From Gemmatimonadaceae bacterium (lineage in GTDB: Bacteria; Gemmatimonadota; Gemmatimonadetes; Gemmatimonadales; Gemmatimonadaceae), in the NCBI GenBank assembly GCA_040901985.1, contig JBBDYC010000014.1, forward strand, positions 17,755 through 81,754: DNA of 64,000 nucleotides, read 5' to 3'. The translations under genes were made by a program, and so were the position numbers. Of the stretch, positions 53,810-64,000 are shown piece by piece (within the stretch, counting starts at the first letter, position 1; every line of letters begins with the position of its first letter). Below the pieces are notes generated by a model. That model ran no database searches. It saw only the letters and a program-made list of their open reading frames with translations, and was not told the origin of the DNA.

Positions 53810-54990
53810 GCGGCGGCTGCCGGCTGTCGGTCCGCCGCGCGGCGCTCGTGGTCGCCGCCGTCTCGCCGTTGTTGGCGCCGTGGCGGGCCGTCGAGGCGCA
53901 GCACGACACGCGGGTGATTGCGGGGCGCGTGATTCGCGCCGCGCCAGATGGCGGGACGGTCCCGGTGGTCGGGGCGTGGGTGGTGCTGCATCGCGTCGGC
54001 TCCGACGCCGCGGCGCCGATGGACTCGACGCGGACCCGCACCGGCGGCGCCTACGCGTTCCGCTACCGGCCCGTCGGCGACACCGCCGCCGTCTATTTTG
54101 TGGCCACGTCGCGGGGCGGCATCGCCTACTTCACGCCGCCGACGACGGAGGCCGCGCTCCGCGGTGGCGCCGCCGACCTGATGGTCTACGACACGACGAG
54201 CGCGCCGGTACCGATCACCGTGCGCGGCCGGCACCTCGTGGTGACCGCGCCCGACGCCGAGACCCCTCGCCTGCGGACGGTGATCGAGGTCTATGAGCTG
54301 AGCAACGACACGCTGGTCACGCTCGTGCCCGGCGACGCCCGCCGCTTCACGTTCCGCGTCGCGCTCCCCGACGGCGTGCCGCAGGTCTTCGGCGGCGAGG
54401 GCGACCTCTCCCCGGACGCAATCCGTCTCGAGGACGGCGAGGTTCGCCTCTATGCGCCAATCGCACCGGGGCTGAAGCAGTTTTCGTTTCGCTACACGCT
54501 CCCGCTGTCGGCCGCCCCGATGCGCTTCCCGTTTGAGGGGAGCACGCCGGTGCTCGAGGTGCTCGTGGAAGATCCGCGGGGAACGGCGACCGGCGCCGGC
54601 CTGCTCGAGGTGACGCCGGTGTTCGTCGAGGGAAGGCCGTTCAAGCGGTTCCTCGCGCAGGATGTGGTGGGCCCGCACGTGGTGGACGTCAGCGCGCCCG
54701 GGGCGCGTGCCGGGGCGAGTCGGATCCGCCTGCTGCTCATCGCGACGGCGGTGTCGGCGGCGCTGCTGCTGGGTCTGGGCGGGGCCCTGATGCGCCGCGG
54801 ACCCGGCGCGTTCCGTCGGCGGCGTGAGGACGACCCGGACGCGCTGGAGCGCGAGATTGCCGCGCTCGACGCCGAGTTCTCCGCGCAGGCCGCGCCGAGC
54901 GAGGACGCGCGCTCCGCACACCTGCTCCGCCGCGCGCATCTCACCGGACGATTGCACGCTGCGCTTGCCAAGCGCGATGGGCTGACATAG
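53806..54990 (+). CDS. Hypothetical exported, membrane-anchored protein
   Basis: Signal peptide, beta-sandwich-like N-terminus, C-terminal TM helix and helical tail. Confidence 0.65.
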   Translation: MSGGCRLSVRRAALVVAAVSPLLAPWRAVEAQHDTRVIAGRVIRAAPDGGTVPVVGAWVVLHRVGSDAAAPMDSTRTRTGGAYAFRYRPVGDTAAVYFVATSRGGIAYFTPPTTEAALRGGAADLMVYDTTSAPVPITVRGRHLVVTAPDAETPRLRTVIEVYELSNDTLVTLVPGDARRFTFRVALPDGVPQVFGGEGDLSPDAIRLEDGEVRLYAPIAPGLKQFSFRYTLPLSAAPMRFPFEGSTPVLEVLVEDPRGTATGAGLLEVTPVFVEGRPFKRFLAQDVVGPHVVDVSAPGARAGASRIRLLLIATAVSAALLLGLGGALMRRGPGAFRRRREDDPDALEREIAALDAEFSAQAAPSEDARSAHLLRRAHLTGRLHAALAKRDGLT

Positions 54991-54993
54991 CTT
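54965..54993 (+). promoter_or_regulatory. Putative sigma70 promoter of the btu leader
   Basis: TTGCCA-17 nt-TAGCTT immediately before the riboswitch. Confidence 0.6.
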
Positions 54994-55009
54994 CGACGCA
55001 CAATCGTAA

Positions 55010-55159
55010 GCGAACGCGGGATACGGAAGCCGGTGAGAATCCGGCGCGGCCCCGCCACTGTAACGGGCATCAACGTCCATTCGAGCACAGCCACTGGATC
55101 CTGCGGGATCCGGGAAGGCGAATGGAACGGCCCCGAGTCAGGAGACGACCTGCGTTCGC
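55010..55159 (+). ncRNA. Cobalamin riboswitch
   Basis: GGAA-GCCGGTG-AGAAT-CCGGC, CCCCGCCACTGTAA, GCCACTG...GGGAAGGC and GAGTCAGGAGAC. Closing stem GCGAACGCGGG/CCTGCGTTCGC. Upstream of btu genes. Confidence 0.93.
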
Positions 55160-55275
55160 GCCACATCGTGACCCTCGGGGGAGGGTTCGGTGGCGTGCCA
55201 GCGGGTCCGTCTGCAGGTGGCCGGACCTCCCCACGCGCATCCGGGCTTCTCTCTTCGCGGGAGGAGCCCGTTCTC

Positions 55276-56160
55276 GTGTCCGGTCGTCTGCGGTCGCTCG
55301 TTGCGCTACTCGTCTTCGCCTTCGCGTGCGGCGGCCCGTCGGCGACACCCTCGATGTCGGGGACGGTGGACGACTTCGGCGACACGCTCGGCCTCGTCGC
55401 GCCGGCAACGCGCGTGGTATCGCTGAACCCGGTCACGACCGAACTGCTCTTTGCGCTCGGCGTTGGCGAGCGACTCGTCGGCCGCACCAGCTGGGATCTC
55501 TTCCCCGACGCCGCGCGCGCGGTGCCCGACGTCGGCAACGGGATGCAGCCCAACGTCGAGGCGGTGCTCGGCCAGCGGCCGGACCTGGTGTTGCTCTATG
55601 CGAGCGCGTCCAACCGGCTCGCCGCCCGGCAACTGCGCGCCGCCGGCGTGATGACGCTGGCGCTGCGCACGGACCAGGTGGCCGACCTCGCGCGCGTCAC
55701 GCCGATCATCGCCGCGGCCCTCGGCGCGGCGGAGCGCGGGCGCCGGGTGGTGGACAGTGTCCGGGCGTCACTCGCCGCCGTCGGGGCGATGCCGCGGCCG
55801 GCGGCGCCGGTCACCGCGTTCTGGCACATCTGGGACGCGCCGCTGATGACGATCGGCGGCGGGAGCTACCTGAGCGAGCTGCTCGAGATCGCCGGTGCAA
55901 CGAATGTCTTTGCCGACGCCGCCGCGCCCTCGCCGCAGGTGACATTGGAGGAGGTCGCCGCGCGCGACCCGCGGTGGGTCCTGGCGGGCCCGCTCAGCGC
56001 GGTGCGGATCCGGGCGCATCCGGGGTGGCAGGCCGTGCGCGCGGTGCGTGAGGGTCGAGTGATCACCATTGACACCACCGTCGTCGGCCGGCCGGGCGTG
56101 CGAATGGGCGAGGCCGCGCGCTACCTCCGGCGCGTCCTTATTGACGCGCCCCCGCGCTGA
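55276..56160 (+). CDS. btuF: Cobalamin ABC substrate-binding lipoprotein
   Basis: Lipobox FAC, RVVSLNPVTTELLFALG, PNVEAVL...PDLV and RPGVR. Confidence 0.85.
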   Translation: MSGRLRSLVALLVFAFACGGPSATPSMSGTVDDFGDTLGLVAPATRVVSLNPVTTELLFALGVGERLVGRTSWDLFPDAARAVPDVGNGMQPNVEAVLGQRPDLVLLYASASNRLAARQLRAAGVMTLALRTDQVADLARVTPIIAAALGAAERGRRVVDSVRASLAAVGAMPRPAAPVTAFWHIWDAPLMTIGGGSYLSELLEIAGATNVFADAAAPSPQVTLEEVAARDPRWVLAGPLSAVRIRAHPGWQAVRAVREGRVITIDTTVVGRPGVRMGEAARYLRRVLIDAPPR

Positions 56161-56163
56161 GCG

Positions 56164-57138
56164 ATGCGCGTCCACGTCTGGATCCTGCTGGTCGCGGCGG
56201 TGGTCGCCGCCGCCCTCGTCGGCATCGGCGGGGGCCCTGTGGCGCTCTCGCTCGGCGAGGTGTGGGGCGCGCTCCTCGGCGAGGGCGACCCGACGCACGT
56301 CGCCATCGTCCACGGACTGCGGCTGCCGCGGGTGGTGCTGGGCCTCGTCGTCGGCGCCGGCCTCGCGGCGAGCGGCACGGCGCTTCAGGCCACGCTGCGG
56401 AATCCGCTGGCCGAGCCGTACCTGCTCGGTGTCTCCGGCGGCGCCGCCGCCGGGGCGGTGCTCGCGCTCACGCTCGGACTCGTCGGGCCGGCGCTGGTGC
56501 CGCTCGCCGCCTTCGCCGGCGCGACGGCTGCCGTCGTCGTCGTGCTGCTTGTTGCGCGCGCCGTGAGCGGGCACGCCGACCCGCGGGTCCTGCTGATGGC
56601 CGGCGTCGTCGTCGGCGCCTTCTGCACGGCGGCAATTATGGTGGCGCTGGCGACGGCGTCGGAGAACCAGGTCCGCACCGCGCTGTGGTGGATGATGGGG
56701 TCGCTCGGCGATGCCCAGTGGGCGTCGCTTCGGTGGATCGCCCTCTATGTGTCGGCCGGCCTGATCCTCCTCGCCACCTGGGCGCGCGACGTGGACGTCC
56801 TCGCGCTGGGCGAGGAGGCGGCGGCGTCGCTTGGCCTCGAGGTCGAGCGGGTGACGCGGCGCGTCTATCTCGCGGCGTCGCTGCTCGCCGCAGCGACGGT
56901 CGCCGGCGCCGGACTGATCGGCTTCGTCGGCCTCATCGTCCCCGCGATCGCCCGTGCCCTCGGCGCGAGCAACACACGCCAGACGCTGATTGCCGCGGCG
57001 CTCGCCGGTGGCGCGTTGGTCGTCGTCGCCGACCTTGCCGCCCGCACGGTGATGCGTCCCGCCGAACTTCCGCTGGGCGCGGTCACCGCGCTGATCGGCG
57101 TGCCGTTTTTTCTCTGGCGCCTGCGGAGTCTCCGATGA
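56164..57138 (+). CDS. btuC: Cobalamin ABC permease (FecCD family)
   Basis: LRLPR, RNPLAEPYLLGVSGGA, GLIGFVGL and ELPLG. Confidence 0.88.
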   Translation: MRVHVWILLVAAVVAAALVGIGGGPVALSLGEVWGALLGEGDPTHVAIVHGLRLPRVVLGLVVGAGLAASGTALQATLRNPLAEPYLLGVSGGAAAGAVLALTLGLVGPALVPLAAFAGATAAVVVVLLVARAVSGHADPRVLLMAGVVVGAFCTAAIMVALATASENQVRTALWWMMGSLGDAQWASLRWIALYVSAGLILLATWARDVDVLALGEEAAASLGLEVERVTRRVYLAASLLAAATVAGAGLIGFVGLIVPAIARALGASNTRQTLIAAALAGGALVVVADLAARTVMRPAELPLGAVTALIGVPFFLWRLRSLR

Positions 57139-57923
57139 TTCGCTTCGAGGACGTCGTCGTGCGGTATCGCGGCGCCGCGGAGCCGGCGGTGCAGGGCGTC
57201 TCGCTGGCCGCCCTCGCCGGCCGCGTCACCGCGGTCGTCGGCCCCAACGGGAGCGGCAAGTCCACGCTCGTCCGCGCGCTGCTCGGCCGGCTGCCGCTCG
57301 CATCGGGGCGGCTGCTACTAGAGGGCGTGCCGATCGGGGGCCTCGACCGACGCGCAATCGCGAGGCGCGTCGCCGTGGTCACGCAACGCGAGGAGCCCGT
57401 CTTTCCGCTGGCCGTGCGCGAGTACATCGGGCTCGGCCGGCATCCCCACGGCGGACCGTTCGCCGTCCGCGACGACGCGGACCGCGCGGCGATTGCCCGC
57501 GCGGTGGCGCTGGCCGACGTTGGGGCGTTTCTCGACCGCACCACCGACGCGCTCTCGGGCGGCGAGTGGCAGCGTGTGCGGATTGGCCGCGCACTCGCCC
57601 AGGGCGGCGCGGCACTCGTCCTCGATGAACCGACGACCTTCCTGGACATCGCCCACGAGATGGCACTCTTCGAGCTCCTCGACGCCCTGGCGCGCGAGGG
57701 GCAGGCGGTGCTGCTCGTGAGTCACCAACTGAATCTCGTCGCCCGATTCGCCGACCACATCGTGCTGCTCCACCGCGGACGGGTCGCCGCCGCGGGGAGC
57801 CCCGCCGAGGTGATGCGCGGCGACGTGCTCGAGCGCGTCTACGAATGGCCCCTCGTCGTCTCGCGGGATCCCGCCGTCGGCGCTCCCGTCCTCGTGCCGC
57901 TACGCGGCCGTGGCACCCGCTGA
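57135..57923 (+). CDS. btuD: Cobalamin ABC ATPase
   Basis: GPNGSGKS, LSGGEWQR and LDEPTTFLD. Confidence 0.88.
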   Translation: MIRFEDVVVRYRGAAEPAVQGVSLAALAGRVTAVVGPNGSGKSTLVRALLGRLPLASGRLLLEGVPIGGLDRRAIARRVAVVTQREEPVFPLAVREYIGLGRHPHGGPFAVRDDADRAAIARAVALADVGAFLDRTTDALSGGEWQRVRIGRALAQGGAALVLDEPTTFLDIAHEMALFELLDALAREGQAVLLVSHQLNLVARFADHIVLLHRGRVAAAGSPAEVMRGDVLERVYEWPLVVSRDPAVGAPVLVPLRGRGTR

Positions 57924-57958
57924 ATTCTCCCCCTCACTCTTCACCTGGAATCCACACG

Positions 57959-59938
57959 ATGCGCGTAGCCCGATTCGCCGCCTTGGCGCCGCTTCTTGCC
58001 GGCGCCACCCTGCTCCTCGTCGTCGCCCCGCCGCCGCTCCGCGCGCAGGCGTCGCGCGACACCACTGCGCTGCCGGTGAGCGTGATCACCGCGACACGCA
58101 TCCCGACGCCGGTCACCTTGCTGACGGCGAGCGTCCACGTGCTCGACGGGGCGGCGCTGCGGCGCGAGGGCGTCACACACGTCGGCGACGCGCTGCGCCG
58201 CGTACCCGGCCTCGCGATCGCGCGGACGTCGTCGTTCGGGTCGCAGCAGGCGCTGTTCCTGCGCGGTGGCCAGAGCAACTACGTGCGTGTGCTCGTGGAC
58301 GGCGTGCCGATCAACGAACCCGGCGGCGTGCTGGACCTCGGCCGGCTCACGCTCGACGACGTGGAACGGATCGAGGTCGTGCGCGGGCCGGCGAGCGTGC
58401 TGTACGGATCGGAGGCGATGGCCGGCGTGATCCAGATCCTGACGCGACGGGGCGGCGGTGCCACGCGGGTCAACAGCGAGATCGGCGGCGGTACGTACGG
58501 CGCACGTCGGGCGTCGCTCGGCGGGTCGGGCGGTCTCGGCAACGATGGCGCGTTGGCCTGGTCGCTTCGCGGAGATCATCACGCCTCGGCCGGCATCCTG
58601 CCGTTCAACAACGGGTATCGCAACGACGGCGCGGTCGGATCGCTCGGCGTCGCGGCGGGCAAGCGGTCGGACATCCGGCTGACGGCGCGCTACAACACGT
58701 CCATCTATCGCTACCCGACCGGGTCGGACGGGAGCGTGGAGGACCGCAATGCCGAGCGCACGGAGCACCGGCTCCTCATCGGGGTCGACGCGGAGCGTCG
58801 GTGGACGGACCGCGTGACGTCGCACGTCCAGCTCTCGGCCGCGGACCACCTGCCGCGCACCAACGACGGCGCCGACGACGCGGGCGACACGCTCGGGTTC
58901 TACGGCTACTTCGCGCGCGGCACGGTCACCCGGCGGATGGCCGACGTCCGCACCACGCTGCGGCTTGGCGACGCCCAGTTTGTCACGCTGGGGACGGAAG
59001 TCGCCCGCGATGCCGAGCGGAACCGGTCGGTGTCACAGAGCGAGTTCGGCGACTTCCCGGACAGCTTCCGGGCCGCACGCGACAATCGGGCGGTCTATGC
59101 GCAAGTGCAGGGTGAGGTCTCCCGTTTCACCTACACGCTCGGGTCGCGCCTCGACGACAACAGCGCCTTTGGCGGCTTCGAGACGGTGCGCGCCGGTGCG
59201 GGGTGGCAGCTGTTGCCGGCGTTGCGCGTCCGGGCGTCGGCGGGAACGGCATTCAAGGCGCCGAGCTTCTTCGAGAACTTTGCCTCCGGCTTCACCGTGG
59301 GGAATCCCGACCTGCGGCCGGAGCGGTCACGGTCGGCCGACCTCGGGCTCGAGGTGGCCCTGCCACGCGGCACCTCGCTGCGAATCACTGGGTTCACCCA
59401 GCGCTTTCGCGATTTGATCCAGTACACCGGCGCGCCGCCGGCCGGAGAGCCCAACTACGTGAACCTCGCCAAGGCGAACGCCGGTGGTGTGGAGCTCGAG
59501 GCGTCGCTCACGTTGCCCGGCGGATTCGGGATCACCGGCGGGCACACCTGGACCGACACCCGCGTGGTGGACGCCGGCGTGGAGACTGCACCCGAGGCGA
59601 ACTTCGTGAACGGGGGCCGCCTCCTGCGGCGACCCGACCACGTCACCACCGTCCAGCTCACGCGCTCGCTCGCCGCGCTCGGGACGCTCTCGGCGCTCGT
59701 CGTGCGGACCGGCGAGCGGGAGGATCGCAGCTTCACCACCTGGCCGGCGACGATCGTCGTGCTCGAGCCGTTCACGACGGTGGACCTGAACGCCGAGCTC
59801 GCGGTCCCGCGCTGGTTGCTCGCCGGCGCGCGGCTCCAGTTGCGCGTCGAGAACGCCGCAAACACGCGCTACCAGCAGATCGCCGACTTCGACTCGCCGG
59901 GGCGCGCGCTCTACGCGGGACTTAAATTGGAACGGTGA
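57959..59938 (+). CDS. btuB: TonB-dependent receptor, BtuB-like
   Basis: TonB-box-like SVITATR, plug motif IEVVRGPASVLYGSEAMAGVIQI and GNPDLRPE. Under the cobalamin riboswitch. Confidence 0.85.
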   Translation: MRVARFAALAPLLAGATLLLVVAPPPLRAQASRDTTALPVSVITATRIPTPVTLLTASVHVLDGAALRREGVTHVGDALRRVPGLAIARTSSFGSQQALFLRGGQSNYVRVLVDGVPINEPGGVLDLGRLTLDDVERIEVVRGPASVLYGSEAMAGVIQILTRRGGGATRVNSEIGGGTYGARRASLGGSGGLGNDGALAWSLRGDHHASAGILPFNNGYRNDGAVGSLGVAAGKRSDIRLTARYNTSIYRYPTGSDGSVEDRNAERTEHRLLIGVDAERRWTDRVTSHVQLSAADHLPRTNDGADDAGDTLGFYGYFARGTVTRRMADVRTTLRLGDAQFVTLGTEVARDAERNRSVSQSEFGDFPDSFRAARDNRAVYAQVQGEVSRFTYTLGSRLDDNSAFGGFETVRAGAGWQLLPALRVRASAGTAFKAPSFFENFASGFTVGNPDLRPERSRSADLGLEVALPRGTSLRITGFTQRFRDLIQYTGAPPAGEPNYVNLAKANAGGVELEASLTLPGGFGITGGHTWTDTRVVDAGVETAPEANFVNGGRLLRRPDHVTTVQLTRSLAALGTLSALVVRTGEREDRSFTTWPATIVVLEPFTTVDLNAELAVPRWLLAGARLQLRVENAANTRYQQIADFDSPGRALYAGLKLER

Positions 59939-60678
59939 TCGAGACCGAGGCGATCGTCCTCCACGCATTCGACTATCGCGAGACCAGCCGCATCGTGCGG
60001 CTGGCCACCCGCGACGTCGGGGTGATCTCGGCGGTCGCCCGCGGGGCCAGGCGGCCGCGCAGCAAGTTCGGCCAGGGACTCGACCTCTTCACCGGCGGCA
60101 CCGCGCACCTGATTTTGCACGCGTCGAGCGACCTGCACGCGTTGACGGCGTTCGACGCCTCGCGCGCGCGGCCGGCGCTGGCGGGTTCGTTGCAGCGCTT
60201 CGGCGCGGCCGCCGCCCTCTGTGAGCTCTGCCTGCGCTTCGGCACCGAGGCGCCGGCGAGCGTGCACCAGGCCCTCAGCGAGGGGCTCGACGCCCTCGCC
60301 GTCTCCGACGATCCCGTCGTCGCCGCACGCGCGCTCGCGGCGGCCTGGCGCATCGTCGCCGAGCTGGGCTTTGGTCCGTCGCTCGACCAGTGCGTCTCCT
60401 GTCACCGTGCGCTCGCGGATGACGAGGAGGTGCGCTTTGCCCATCGTGCCGGCGGCGCGGTCTGCTCCGCCTGCCGCGATTCGGCTCCCGGCGCCCGGGC
60501 CCTCCCCAGTGCCGCGCGCCGGACGCTGCGCACCTGGCTCGACGGGGATGACGACGTCACCCCCGACACCCAGACGGCCAAGGCGCACCAACGCCTGCTT
60601 CGCGAGTTCCTCGAGGAGCACCTCGTGGACGGCCGCCCCCTCCGTGCCTGGGCGGCGTGGGAACGACTCGCCCGCTGA
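59935..60678 (+). CDS. recO: DNA repair protein RecO
   Basis: TEAIVL...DYRETSRIV, ARGARRPRSKFG, zinc CxxC pairs. Confidence 0.93.
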   Translation: MIETEAIVLHAFDYRETSRIVRLATRDVGVISAVARGARRPRSKFGQGLDLFTGGTAHLILHASSDLHALTAFDASRARPALAGSLQRFGAAAALCELCLRFGTEAPASVHQALSEGLDALAVSDDPVVAARALAAAWRIVAELGFGPSLDQCVSCHRALADDEEVRFAHRAGGAVCSACRDSAPGARALPSAARRTLRTWLDGDDDVTPDTQTAKAHQRLLREFLEEHLVDGRPLRAWAAWERLAR

Positions 60679-60822
60679 CATTCCGGCGGACAATCGCGGC
60701 CTTCCCTGACACCGAACCAGTCGAAACGGCGTAGCTTGAGGGGCGCAAGCCTTGCGGTAGTGAGGTGAGCGCCGTTGTGCCCCTCTCACCGCTCACCGTT
60801 CGCCTCTCAACCTGAAGTTCAG

Positions 60823-63890
<3,068 letters not shown>

Positions 63891-63904
63891 GCTCGTGCGA
63901 CCCG

Positions 63905-63933
63905 TTGACCCTCTCTCGCCGCGCTTCTAGCTT
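63905..63933 (+). promoter_or_regulatory. Putative sigma70 promoter of the tRNA
   Basis: TTGACC-17 nt-TAGCTT, ending 12 nt before the tRNA. Confidence 0.65.
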
Positions 63934-63945
63934 TCGTCTTCCCCC

Positions 63946-64000
63946 GGACAGGTGGCCGAGTGGTTGAAGGCACCGGTCTCGAAAACCGGCATACCGGCAA
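63946..64000 (+). tRNA. tRNA-Ser(CGA), truncated by window end
   Basis: GGACAGGTGGCCGAGTGGTTGAAGGC D-arm and anticodon arm CCGGT-CTCGAAA-ACCGG. Confidence 0.92.

Noticed and set aside
63946..64000. tRNA as an integration site
   Set aside because: The 3' end lies outside the window, and no integrase or att duplicate was seen.

Overview
High-GC bacterial chromosomal window. Gene order and protein style suggest Gemmatimonadota (inference). Bases 1-18.5 kb are accessory. They hold DUF1501/DUF1800, outer-membrane and BACON lipoprotein genes, a coupled ECF sigma / zinc-finger anti-sigma / TPR-CHAT protease triad, an IPT lipoprotein with 17-aa repeats, an AI-2E transporter, a RidA-fold + Mla-like operon with a degenerate ATPase, and an ABC exporter-esterase operon. 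Bases 18.5-64 kb are mostly housekeeping: asnS, deoC, aldehyde dehydrogenase, tgt, mazG, alr, deoB, cdd, miaB, comEC, fbp, methylmalonyl-CoA mutase large subunit, argS, purM, ribD-E-BA-H-nusB, hprK with a mannose-type PTS, metK, a cobalamin riboswitch with btuFCDB, recO, clpB, tadA and a partial tRNA-Ser(CGA). The best candidate new system is the sigma/anti-sigma/CHAT triad. An identical bipartite motif, GGTCAC-N14-CGCGATGA, lies upstream of both the anti-sigma gene and the downstream surface-protein genes, which suggests a protease-triggered regulon with a visible promoter. Other signals are a pseudo-enzyme Mla-like operon, an in-frame palindromic heptamer element inside the aldehyde dehydrogenase, and codon-level avoidance of RTCGAY and ACATG. 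No CRISPR array or transposase was seen. All product calls come from motif recognition by eye; no database searches were run.
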